DNA of 55,128 nucleotides, taken from the IMG/VR virus record IMGVR_UViG_2728369181_000005, one strand, 5' to 3'. A model generated the notes under the pieces. The model was given only the letters and a program-made list of their open reading frames with translations. It had not been told where the DNA came from and ran no database searches. This document shows, in pieces, positions 30,863 through 39,620 of the stretch (position 1 is its first letter; each line of letters opens with the position of its first letter). A program made the position numbers and the translations under genes. Source of the stretch: a virus. Lineage: Duplodnaviria; Heunggongvirae; Uroviricota; Caudoviricetes.

Positions 30863-32679
30863 AACGTGCTCCGAACTTAAAATACCAACCGCGCGACAAA
30901 ATGACGGAAGTCATCATTTTTGCTGGCAGTGATGCCTGGAGCCATGCAAAAGAATGGAATGAATGGGCAGGTAAGCATATTGCAGCAGATGATACACCAC
31001 CAGTCATTCTGGGTACGGAACAACTGGAAAACCTGGATGATATGCAAATTATCGATGAAGGCCGTCATTATGTGCGTGTTTATCGTGCCGGAAAGATTGC
31101 AGAGAAAAGTCTGACGAAGGTTGCGACATTACTTGCTATTGCAGGCGTAAAGGAAGCACGTTGTTACCGTAGCTTTGTTGATCGAGAGCCTGAAGACTGG
31201 ACTCCGCGCCTTGTCGGCCTAAAAGCTGAAGCGGAGCATGGGGAAAGTCTGGTGATTGAACTGCCAGTGAAGAAGGCAGAGCGCAAAAATGACGAGCGTG
31301 CTTCATCTTTGGCGTTGAATCAGATGGGGGCCAGCCAGCGCGGTGAAGTTCTCCTTGCACATTACGGCGGCGAACTGGCAATCAATGCCGACTCTGACAC
31401 CGTTCATCATTACAACGGCGTTGTATGGGAGCCGGTTCAGGATAAAGAGTTACAGCGTGCTATGGCGCAGATTTTCATTGATGCGGAGATCAGCTATTCG
31501 CAGAACGCTATTAAATCGGCGGTAGATACCATGAAGTTAAGTTTGCCTGTAATGGGGAATACAGCCCGTAACCTGATTGGATTCAGTAACGGGGTATTTG
31601 ATACCAGAACTGGTAATTTTCGGGAGCATAACAAAAACGACTGGTTGTTAATTGCCAGTGAATTACCTTTCAGCCCACCAGCAGAGGGGGAAACGCTGGC
31701 AACACATGCGCCGAATTTCTGGAAGTGGTTGCGCCGTTCGGTGGCTGATAATGACCGCAAGGCAGATCGCGTACTGGCGGCATTATTCATGGTGCTGGCG
31801 AACCGGTACGACTGGCAGTTATTCATTGAGGTAACAGGGCCGGGGGGAAGTGGTAAAAGTGTGATGGCGGAGATTTGCACCATGCTGGCGGGTAAGGCGA
31901 ATACAGTATCAGCAAGCATGAAGGCGCTGGAAGATGCAAGGGAACGTGCGTTAGTGGTTGGCTTTTCGCTGATTATCATGCCGGATATGACCCGCTACGC
32001 TGGTGATGGGGCAGGGATTAAGGCCATTACAGGCGGTGACAAGGTGGCAATTGACCCGAAACACAAAGCCCCCTATTCAACGCGTATTCCGGCAGTAGTG
32101 CTGGCGGTTAACAATAACGCCATGTCATTCAGTGACCGCAGCGGGGGGATCTCACGTCGTCGGGTGATATTCAATTTTTCGGAAGTTGTACCGGAGAACG
32201 AACGCGATTCGATGCTGGCGGAAAAAATAGAAGGTGAGCTGGCGGTAGTGATTCGCCATCTGCTTACACGGTTTGCTGATCAGGACGAAGCCAGACGCCT
32301 GTTATATGAGCAGCAGAAATCTGAAGAAGCACTGGCGATAAAGCGAGAGGGGGATTCGCTGGTGGACTTCTGCGGCTATCTCATGGCATCGGTAATGTGT
32401 GATGGCCTGTTAGTGGGTAATGCTGAAATTGTGCCATTCAGCCCACGCAGGTATCTCTATCATGCCTATCTGGCTTATATGAGGGCACATGGGTTTGGTA
32501 AACCTGTAACACTGACGCGCTTCGGTAAAGATATGCCGGGGGCAATGGCGGAATATGGCAGGGAGTATATGAAACGGAAAACGAAGCACGGTTTGCGTTC
32601 AAACGTGACACTGACGGAGGAATCAGAAGACTGGATGCCATCATGTGTATCGGTCACTAATGACGATAGCAAAAATTAA
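30859..32679 (+). CDS. Primase-helicase (P4 alpha-like replication protein)
   Basis: 606 aa; Walker A GPGGSGKS and Walker B-like FSLIIMPDM in the C-terminal half; followed by an iteron array. Confidence 0.85.
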   Translation: MKRAPNLKYQPRDKMTEVIIFAGSDAWSHAKEWNEWAGKHIAADDTPPVILGTEQLENLDDMQIIDEGRHYVRVYRAGKIAEKSLTKVATLLAIAGVKEARCYRSFVDREPEDWTPRLVGLKAEAEHGESLVIELPVKKAERKNDERASSLALNQMGASQRGEVLLAHYGGELAINADSDTVHHYNGVVWEPVQDKELQRAMAQIFIDAEISYSQNAIKSAVDTMKLSLPVMGNTARNLIGFSNGVFDTRTGNFREHNKNDWLLIASELPFSPPAEGETLATHAPNFWKWLRRSVADNDRKADRVLAALFMVLANRYDWQLFIEVTGPGGSGKSVMAEICTMLAGKANTVSASMKALEDARERALVVGFSLIIMPDMTRYAGDGAGIKAITGGDKVAIDPKHKAPYSTRIPAVVLAVNNNAMSFSDRSGGISRRRVIFNFSEVVPENERDSMLAEKIEGELAVVIRHLLTRFADQDEARRLLYEQQKSEEALAIKREGDSLVDFCGYLMASVMCDGLLVGNAEIVPFSPRRYLYHAYLAYMRAHGFGKPVTLTRFGKDMPGAMAEYGREYMKRKTKHGLRSNVTLTEESEDWMPSCVSVTNDDSKN

Positions 32680-32690
32680 ACTTATGGAAT

Positions 32691-32916
32691 AACTGTTCAC
32701 CACTGTTCACCCTGTCATAAATATCTTTTATATCAGTATATTATAGGGTGAACAGTTATTTATGAACTGTTCACCAAACTATTCACTGTTCACCTTTTTG
32801 ATTGTTTATTGAGCTTCAAGGGTGAACAGTGGTGAACAGTTGGTGAATAGTTTTTGTGAAACTGTTCACCCATTAACATTATGAATTAAAAGAGAAAATA
32901 TCAAAAGGTGAACAGG
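32691..32916. repeat. Island replication-origin iterons
   Basis: About ten copies of ACTGTTCACC / GGTGAACAGT in both orientations immediately after the primase stop. Confidence 0.8.
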
Positions 32917-32966
32917 TGAAGGGTTAAAACGCAAAAATTTTAATTTACTGCTGTGAGATAAAGCCT

Positions 32967-33212
32967 ATGACAGCGAAGCACACAAAAAAATCACAATCGC
33001 ACGCCCTTGATTTGACGGAACACTGGTTAAGGGTGTCGATAAAAATCATCGACCGCAACGCCGGGGAAGGATACGCGAAAGCACATCCCGAACTGATTAG
33101 CGCATTCATGACAACGGCGGCTGCAAACTTTGCCACTCTGACCGAACGGGAGATTGCTGAAGCGGAGGAAGTGACAACAATCAATATTAAGTCCGGAGAG
33201 CAGGCAGCATGA
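32967..33212 (+). CDS. Hypothetical protein
   Basis: 81-codon ORF after the iteron array. Confidence 0.35.
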   Translation: MTAKHTKKSQSHALDLTEHWLRVSIKIIDRNAGEGYAKAHPELISAFMTTAAANFATLTEREIAEAEEVTTINIKSGEQAA

Positions 33213-33658
33213 CGGCGCAAATATCAGTTTACGGGCGGTTGGTGGACGACCCGCAGACAAAACAGACCAGCAAGGGCACCCCCATGACGCTGGCGCGTAT
33301 GGCGGTATCACTGCCCTGCAGTCAGTCGGATGACGGTCAGGCGACGATGTGGTTATCTGTCCTGGCGTTTGGCAGACAAGCCGACGCACTGGCAAAGCAT
33401 CACAAAGGCGAACTCCTGAGCGTGGCGGGTAACATGCAGATGAGCCAGTGGACTGGACAGAACGGCGAAACGCGGCAGGGCTGGCAGGTTATCGCAGACA
33501 GCGTAATCAGTGCGCGATCGGTGCGACCGGGCGGCAAAAAAGGCCAACAGGGGCAGGCTACTGACGCACTGAACAGAGCAAAACAACAGGCAGATCAGCA
33601 AGGAAGCCAGCCACCAGTGGGAGATAATGAGCAATGGGGAGATGATATCCCGTTTTAA
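33209..33658 (+). CDS. Single-stranded DNA-binding protein (SSB-like)
   Basis: N-terminal OB-fold pattern ISVYGRLVDDP...ARMAVSL...WLSVLAFG; Gln/Gly-rich tail ending DDIPF. Confidence 0.7.
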   Translation: MTAQISVYGRLVDDPQTKQTSKGTPMTLARMAVSLPCSQSDDGQATMWLSVLAFGRQADALAKHHKGELLSVAGNMQMSQWTGQNGETRQGWQVIADSVISARSVRPGGKKGQQGQATDALNRAKQQADQQGSQPPVGDNEQWGDDIPF

Positions 33659-33875
33659 ATATTGCCAATAAAAAAAGGCCGGAAAAAATAAATTTTCCGG
33701 CATGCTACATAAATCCCGACCAAAGGGAGTGAAGATATTAACACTAATTGTCCGCACTGAAGTTGTCACCCCAAAACTTTATACAACATTGCACTTGGTT
33801 GCATGTGTTCGCATGACAAATATCGGTGGTAGCATATATCCACAATTATTTTTAATGAATGCAAAGAGGATGCGT

Positions 33876-34916
33876 ATGGTTGATTTATATTCGCCTACTC
33901 AGCTTGTACAGGTGGTTAATGCTGTAGATGTACAAAAACAACTAAATGCGTTGTTTACCAGTTTGTTTTTTACTCGCTCGGTAATGTTTGAATCGCGCGA
34001 TATTATTCTTGATACAATCGACGATCCAAATATCCCAATTGCAGCGTTTTGTTCTCCTATGGTGGGTAGTAAAGTTTCACGTGACGAAGGGTACGAATCA
34101 AAAACAATTCGTCCAGGCTATATGAAGCCGAAAAGCAGCATTGATCCAAATAAGTTAGCTGTGCGCCCTGCTGGTGTATCACCTGAGCAATACAATGCTT
34201 TTGGGGCGCGTAATATTAAAGTTAAACAGGCGATTGTAAATCAAGCTAAAGCTATTCGTGCACGTATTGAATGGCTTGCTGTTCAGGCAATCACAACGGG
34301 GAAAAATATCATTGAGGGCGATGGTATTGAACGTTATGAGCTGGACTGGAATATTAAACCACAAAATATCATCACTCAGTCTGGCGGTGCTGAGTGGTCA
34401 GGTAAGGATAAAGAAACTTTTGATCCAAATGATTATATTGAGAGCTACGCAGAATTTAGTGAGGGCGTCACTAATATTATCATTATGGGCGGTAATGTAT
34501 GGAAGAAATACCGTTCATTCAGAGCAATAAAAGAGGCTCTGGATACCCGTCGTGGTTCTAATTCCGAACTGGAAACGGCCCTTAAAGACCTTGGTGATTC
34601 GGTGAGTTTTAAAGGGTATATGGGCGATGTTGCGATTGTTGTTTACAGCGGGCGTTATACCGACGAGGACGGAACAGAAAAACATTTCCTTGATCCTGAT
34701 TTGATGGTGCTTGGCAATACGGCTCTTCAGGGGATTGTCGCCTATGGCGGTGTTCAGGATCCGGAGCTAATCCGAATGGGGCTGACTAAAGCCGAACTTG
34801 CACCGAAAAACTATATTGTGCCTGGTGATCCGGCTATTGAATATGTGCAGACACATTCAGCACCACAGCCAATACCGGCCCGCATCAATCGTTTTGTTAC
34901 CGTTCGCATTGGCTAA
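33876..34916 (+). CDS. Island-encoded major capsid protein (lambda gpE-like)
   Basis: AAGAGGA SD before ATG 33876; aligns with lambda E (GYMKPK vs GYVKPK; ITQSGGAEWSGKDKETFDPNDYIESYA; DTRRGSNSELETA; GDVAIVVYSG). Confidence 0.8.
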   Translation: MVDLYSPTQLVQVVNAVDVQKQLNALFTSLFFTRSVMFESRDIILDTIDDPNIPIAAFCSPMVGSKVSRDEGYESKTIRPGYMKPKSSIDPNKLAVRPAGVSPEQYNAFGARNIKVKQAIVNQAKAIRARIEWLAVQAITTGKNIIEGDGIERYELDWNIKPQNIITQSGGAEWSGKDKETFDPNDYIESYAEFSEGVTNIIIMGGNVWKKYRSFRAIKEALDTRRGSNSELETALKDLGDSVSFKGYMGDVAIVVYSGRYTDEDGTEKHFLDPDLMVLGNTALQGIVAYGGVQDPELIRMGLTKAELAPKNYIVPGDPAIEYVQTHSAPQPIPARINRFVTVRIG

Positions 34917-34925
34917 GGGGGAGCA

Positions 34926-35267
34926 ATGGCTACTCATTACACTGAACTCATGGCTGGCACTGAAGCACTGGTGACTACGCTGGGGATATTTTCAGCTAAT
35001 AAAGGGGTAATTCCTGCATTTACGCCACTGATGCAGGAAGATGCAACAGGTGCACTGGTGGTATGGGATGGTTCGAGCGTAGGTAAAGCGGTTTATGTTT
35101 CCGCTGTACAAATCGACACCGCGAAAAAAACACAGGCTCAGGTCTATAAGACAGGTGTCTTAAATGTTGATGCTCTGAACTGGCCTGAGTCTGTTAAAGA
35201 ACTGTCAGTAAAGGTTGCAGCGTTTGTTGGCTCAGGTATTTCTGTTCAGCCGCTGGCTCGTGTGTAA
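34926..35267 (+). CDS. Island-encoded decoration protein (lambda gpD-like)
   Basis: 113 aa; LVVWDGSSVGKAV parallels lambda [14 protein letters not shown]; same length class. Confidence 0.6.
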   Translation: MATHYTELMAGTEALVTTLGIFSANKGVIPAFTPLMQEDATGALVVWDGSSVGKAVYVSAVQIDTAKKTQAQVYKTGVLNVDALNWPESVKELSVKVAAFVGSGISVQPLARV

Positions 35268-35278
35268 AGGGGGATACA

Positions 35279-35662
35279 ATGCAGAATGATTACAATGACC
35301 TTAAGCCAATTGCCGAAATGATGTACCCGAATCCAGCTGTAGAGGAATTAAAAGCTATCGCTGACAAAATGTGTTTAAGCGAGCGCCTTGTTGATATGAA
35401 TCAGGTGATGGAAATTACAACCCTGAGTCGTCGTACACTGCTAAACCTTGAGGCTAGTGGAGAGTTCCCGGAGCGTGTGCAGGTTACGGAAGGGCGTAAG
35501 GCCTGGTATTTAAGTGAAGTGATCGACTGGATAAATAATATTCCTCGCGCTTCTGAATATTGCCGCGTACCTGTCCCAAAAAAGCCAGATGCGGCGCTAT
35601 GCCTCAAGATTGAGCGTGTACGCCGCAATGCACGGGATGGTCGCTATAAGCTGATTGGTTGA
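35279..35662 (+). CDS. AlpA-type HTH domain protein (possible packaging/regulatory factor)
   Basis: 127 aa; C-terminal half carries an AlpA-like HTH (MNQVMEITTLSRRTLLNLEASGEFPERV). Confidence 0.5.
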   Translation: MQNDYNDLKPIAEMMYPNPAVEELKAIADKMCLSERLVDMNQVMEITTLSRRTLLNLEASGEFPERVQVTEGRKAWYLSEVIDWINNIPRASEYCRVPVPKKPDAALCLKIERVRRNARDGRYKLIG

Positions 35663-35689
35663 TGAAATTAGGGCCCGCTCTGGCTGGCG

Positions 35690-35770
35690 GGTCCTTTCCG
35701 GTGATCCAGAACGTTACGGGGCGTCAGGCGCGCGGGTTTTCGCTATTTATGAGCATTTTAAGGGGACTGG
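35690..35770. other. Island cos-like site with divergent cosN core (35718-35729)
   Basis: GGTCCTTTCCGGTGATCCAGAACGTTACG|GGGCGTCAGGCG|CGCGGGTTTTCGCTATTTATGA: flanks match the prophage cos, the 12-nt core differs at about five positions. Confidence 0.7.
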
Positions 35771-35878
35771 TGGTGGTTTTGTTGTTCGCTATATCTGTAT
35801 GAATAATAAGAGAAAAATACAATCAATACACCAACCTGAAACAGTAATTAAGTTGTGGTATCAATGAAATTACACCTG

Positions 35879-36406
35879 ATGAACAAAAAAAACATGGCAA
35901 AAAGTTGCCGTGTAAGCGCCACTGCGTTCGATAAGTGGGGAGTGATTCCCGTCGAGCGTAAGGGCCGTGAGGCGTTCTATGATGTTGCCAGTGTAATAGA
36001 TAATCGGGTTAACAATGCAATCAGCCAGATTACAAACGAAACGGGCGATATTGATGACGATGAACTTTTACGCGTCAGGATCAGATTACTGACAGCACAG
36101 GCAGAGGCGCAGGAGCTTAAAAACGAGCGCGAACGCGGCGACGTTATTGATACAGAGTTTTGTATGTATGTTCTTTCCAAACTGGCGAGTCAGATTTCAT
36201 CTATCATGGACAGCCTGCCGCTTACCATGCAAAGGCGCTTCCCACAGATGACTCCGGCTATGCTGGATGGACTTAAAAAGGAAGTGGCTAAAGCCTGTAA
36301 TGCCAGTGCCGGCGTTGCTGACAACCTCCCACAGATACTGGCTGATTATCTGATGGAAAGTACAGGAAACGTACCGGATAAGTTGCAGCTGAATAAGGAT
36401 AAGTAA
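35879..36406 (+). CDS. Island small terminase (Nu1-like, diverged)
   Basis: Aligns with lambda Nu1 (VIPVERKGREAFYDV vs MPVLRGGGKGNEVLYD; AQAEAQELKNERERGDVIDTEFC vs AQADAQELKNARDSAEVVETAFC); start codon choice (35864/35879/35894) uncertain. Confidence 0.7.
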   Translation: MNKKNMAKSCRVSATAFDKWGVIPVERKGREAFYDVASVIDNRVNNAISQITNETGDIDDDELLRVRIRLLTAQAEAQELKNERERGDVIDTEFCMYVLSKLASQISSIMDSLPLTMQRRFPQMTPAMLDGLKKEVAKACNASAGVADNLPQILADYLMESTGNVPDKLQLNKDK

Positions 36407-36417
36407 CGTAGTACGCT

Positions 36418-36693
36418 ATGACTGAATCCGAACTACTGAAAGTAATCTGCCATGCTGGTGGAGTCAGCCACCAGCATGACGAACAGGCCACGCAGCCGGG
36501 CAGTGTCACCGCTGAAAATTACGCTCGTGTGGTTGCTGAGGTTATGTGGCGTGACGGTATAGAACTGAACGGACAGGATTGCTTAGTCATCCGCACCAAA
36601 GTGCTGGCTATACTGGCAGCTAGGCGGAGGCAGGGACAACGCCAGAACGTTGCATCGTACCAGTGGAAGAAGCCTGACAGACTGCGGCGATAA
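36418..36693 (+). CDS. Hypothetical protein
   Basis: 91-codon ORF following the TerS-like gene. Confidence 0.35.
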   Translation: MTESELLKVICHAGGVSHQHDEQATQPGSVTAENYARVVAEVMWRDGIELNGQDCLVIRTKVLAILAARRRQGQRQNVASYQWKKPDRLRR

Positions 36694-37095
36694 CTCTTTG
36701 ATTTTCTCGACGGCCCCAAAATGGGCCTTACCATAGCCAGCTAATAAATGAGCAAGCCTCAAAAGTGAGGTTTGTGGCCGTTTGGCCTATTCATATGCTA
36801 ACTCGTTGATATTCCTGACGACGCAAATTTACGCCTTGTGGCTGGTAGTCGAATTGCAAATTTGCAACTCGACTATGAAACTACAGGTAGTTTGGGTAGT
36901 AAAAGCAACACACTGATTTTGGGGCTTCTTCGCGATACCTAATATTATGGTATCGGTGGAAGAGATATCGTTTCTCATAGGTTAGCACCGAGGGCGGAGT
37001 TCCGCCCTCATCGAAAAATTGCTTACGAGTCGTCAAAATAAATTAATCGACTGAGTATAATGATTAACTAATTGCTCGTGTTACTTCATTATACG

Positions 37096-37857
37096 TTATT
37101 TCCCATCTTTAAGGTTTAACCAAGTGTTAATTAAAAAAAGAGCCATTGAGCCTGATAAATTTACTGCAAGTTCGGCATGCCTTGGGGATGGCTTAATTGA
37201 TGAGCTGTTCGTTCCATGTGCATCACCGAGTTTATTACGAAGAGTACCTAACCCATTTACAACTGCAGAACAACCGCCGAGAATTTGTTTGAAGATATTT
37301 TCAGTATGTTGGTCGGCAGATAGGTTAAGTTCTTTTGAAAGAGTTTTATAAAGCTCTGACATTTCAATATTTTTATTATTATACTGAATGCCCATATCAT
37401 CAAGAATGTGTTTGCAAACTGTTTCAAGAAGTGTTCTTGCGGAGGTTATCGCACCATCCGGATCTGTATGGCGCCGTTCAAGTGCTTTTATCCAAACGGC
37501 GTGGACTCCATCCTCGTTAAACTTTCTTAATACATCAGATATGTCTTCATCCGCTGGAGCTTTATTTTTCCCTTCTAGATAGTCCAGCATCGGCTGAAAT
37601 GCCTTATAAATCAAATCTCTCCGGGGGGCATACTTTTCAGTCTTTTTTATAAATCCCCAAAATTCTTTTAGTGAGCGATTAGTTCTCACAAACTCTGGTA
37701 ATAGCTGATGTAAAGGAGGATTTTGTAAGAAATATGTTCTTAGAAGCAAATAATCATTATTAGCTTCATCCTGGGCTCCTGTAGCTCTTGCAATTAGTAT
37801 GTTTTGAAGCGCTACTGCGCGCTCTAGGTCATTTTGAAGGGTATCTATAATATTCAT
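37096..37857 (-). CDS. Abortive-infection-like protein (Abi_C/HEPN-type motif)
   Basis: 253 aa, AT-rich, opposite strand at the island right end; C-terminal GTLRNKLGDAHG (R-x6-H) matches the Abi_C/HEPN signature as recalled. Confidence 0.6.
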   Translation of the reverse strand: MNIIDTLQNDLERAVALQNILIARATGAQDEANNDYLLLRTYFLQNPPLHQLLPEFVRTNRSLKEFWGFIKKTEKYAPRRDLIYKAFQPMLDYLEGKNKAPADEDISDVLRKFNEDGVHAVWIKALERRHTDPDGAITSARTLLETVCKHILDDMGIQYNNKNIEMSELYKTLSKELNLSADQHTENIFKQILGGCSAVVNGLGTLRNKLGDAHGTNSSSIKPSPRHAELAVNLSGSMALFLINTWLNLKDGK

Positions 37858-37919
37858 AACAAATCTTTATTCACTTCATTTGTGGGTTGATAATTGAATG
37901 GTTTGTACATTGATTTCTG

Positions 37920-37940
37920 TGTATTGCAGTGTGTATTGCA
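37920..37940. repeat. TGTATTGCA direct repeats at island right end
   Basis: TGTATTGCAG and TGTATTGCA, same orientation as the left-end copies. Confidence 0.5.
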
Positions 37941-38016
37941 ACATAGCCATTCAGGTAGAGATTATGCTCTATTTTTCCTCTTATATCATTCACATACTTA
38001 CACCATTGACTCATGT

Positions 38017-38026
38017 AGCCGAAGCA
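38017..38026. repeat. Right copy of 10-bp insertion core AGCCGAAGCA (attR core)
   Basis: Identical to 27284-27293. Confidence 0.8.
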
Positions 38027-38807
38027 TGAGGTGAATCCGCAGATGACCCTGCGTCGCCTGCCGGATGAAGATCCACAGAATCTGGCGGATCCGGCTTACC
38101 GTCGCCGTCGCATCATCATGCAGAACATGCGTGACGAAGAGCTGGCCATTGCCCAGGTCGAAGAGATGCAGGCAGTTTCTGCCGTGCTTAAGGGCAAATA
38201 CACCATGACCGGTGAAGCCTTCGATCCGGTTGAGGTGGATATGGGCCGCAGTGCGGCGAACAACATCACGCAGTCCGGCGGTACGGAGTGGAGCAAGCGT
38301 GACAAGTCCACGTATGACCCGACCGACGATATCGAAGCCTACGCGCTGAACGCCAGCGGTGTGGTGAATATCATCGTGTTCGATCCGAAAGGCTGGGCGC
38401 TGTTCCGTTCCTTCAAAGCCGTCAGGGAGAAGCTGGATACCCGTCGCGGCTCTCATTCTGAGCTGGAGACAGCGGTGAAAGACCTGGGTAAAGCGGTGTC
38501 CTATAAGGGGATGTATGGCGATGTGGCCATCGTCGTGTATTCCGGACAGTACGTGGAAAACGGTGTCAAAAAGAACTTCCTGCCGGACAACACGATGGTG
38601 CTTGGGAACACTCAGGCACGCGGTCTGCGCACCTATGGCTGTATTCAGGATGCGGATGCATTGAGTGAGGGTATTAATGCGTCTCCCCGTTATCCGAAAA
38701 ACTGGAAGACATCCGGCGATCCGGCGCGTGAGTTCACCATGATTCAGTCAGCACCGCTGATGCTGCTGGCTGATCCTGATGAGTTCGTGTCCGTACAACT
38801 GGCGTAA
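38020..38807 (+). pseudogene. E: Major capsid protein E, C-terminal fragment
   Basis: PKHEVNPQMTLRRLPDEDPQNL... to ...DEFVSVQLA matches lambda gpE from residue ~83 onward; no start of its own. Confidence 0.9.
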
Positions 38808-38848
38808 TCATGGCCCTTCGGGGCCATTTTCTCTCTGTGGAGGAGTCC

Positions 38849-39244
38849 ATGACGAAAGATGAACTGATTGCCCGTCTCCGCTCGCTGGGTGAACAACTGA
38901 ACCGTGATGTCAGCCTGACGGGGACGAAAGAAGAACTGGCGCTCCGTGTGGCAGAGCTGGAAGAGGAGCTTGATGACACGGATGACGCTGCCGGTCAGGA
39001 CACATCTGTCAGCCCGGAAAATGCGCTGACCGGACATGAAAATGAGGTGGTATCAGCGCAGCCGGATACCGTGACTGATACGGCTGATCTGGTCACGGTT
39101 GTGGCACTGGTGACGCTGCATACTGATGCACTTCACGCCACGCGGGATGAACCTGTGGCATTTGTGCTGCCGGGAACGGCGTTCCGTGTCTCTGCCGGTG
39201 TGGCAGCCGAAATGACAGAGCGCGGCCTGGCCAGAATGCAATAA
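38849..39244 (+). CDS. FI: DNA packaging protein FI
   Basis: MTKDELIARLRSLGEQLNRDVSLTG... matches lambda gpFI. Confidence 0.9.
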   Translation: MTKDELIARLRSLGEQLNRDVSLTGTKEELALRVAELEEELDDTDDAAGQDTSVSPENALTGHENEVVSAQPDTVTDTADLVTVVALVTLHTDALHATRDEPVAFVLPGTAFRVSAGVAAEMTERGLARMQ

Positions 39245-39255
39245 CGGGAGGCGCT

Positions 39256-39609
39256 GTGGCTGATTTCGATAACCTGTTCGATGCTGCCATTGCCCGCGCC
39301 GATGAAACGATACGCGGGTACATGGGAACGTCAGCCACCATGACATCCGGTGAGCAGTCCGGTGCTGTGATACGTGGTGTTTTTGATGACCCTGAAAATA
39401 TCAGCTATGCCGGACCGGGCGTGCGCGTTGAAGGCTCCAGCCCGTCCCTGTTTGTCCGGACTGATGATGTGCGGCAGCTGCGGCGCGGCGACACGCTGAC
39501 CATCGGTGAGGAAAACTTCTGGATAGACCGGATTTCGCCGGATGATGGCGGAAGCTGTCATCTCTGGCTTGGGCGGGGCGTACCGCCTGCCGTTAACCGT
39601 CGCCGCTGA
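39256..39609 (+). CDS. FII: Head-tail joining protein FII
   Basis: 117 aa matching lambda gpFII. Confidence 0.9.
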   Translation: MADFDNLFDAAIARADETIRGYMGTSATMTSGEQSGAVIRGVFDDPENISYAGPGVRVEGSSPSLFVRTDDVRQLRRGDTLTIGEENFWIDRISPDDGGSCHLWLGRGVPPAVNRRR

Positions 39610-39620
39610 AAGGGGGATGT

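Larger units (their letters stand above)
27294..38016 (+). mobile_element. Integrated satellite-like element (P4/PICI-type), 10.7 kb, inside capsid gene E
   Basis: Bounded by the duplicated core; carries a P4-type integrase, AlpA-like regulator, primase-helicase, iterons, SSB, its own capsid/decoration/TerS genes, a cos-like site and an Abi-like gene. Confidence 0.85.

Noticed and set aside
32691-32916. Clustered ACTGTTCACC repeats as a possible CRISPR or satellite repeat
   Set aside because: Units are about 10 bp, occur in both orientations with irregular spacing, and sit right after a primase gene; an origin iteron array is the better fit.
35690-35770. Island cos region as a simple duplication of the prophage cos
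   Set aside because: The 12-nt core and the downstream side differ from the prophage cos and the site is embedded in island-specific DNA next to an island TerS gene; it is a distinct site, not a tandem duplication.
36700-37095. Possible tRNA or small RNA gene in the 400-bp non-coding stretch near the island right end
   Set aside because: No cloverleaf-compatible arrangement found by eye; only isolated hairpins (for example GAGGGCGGA-GT-TCCGCCCTC at about 36983-37002) without flanking U-tracts.
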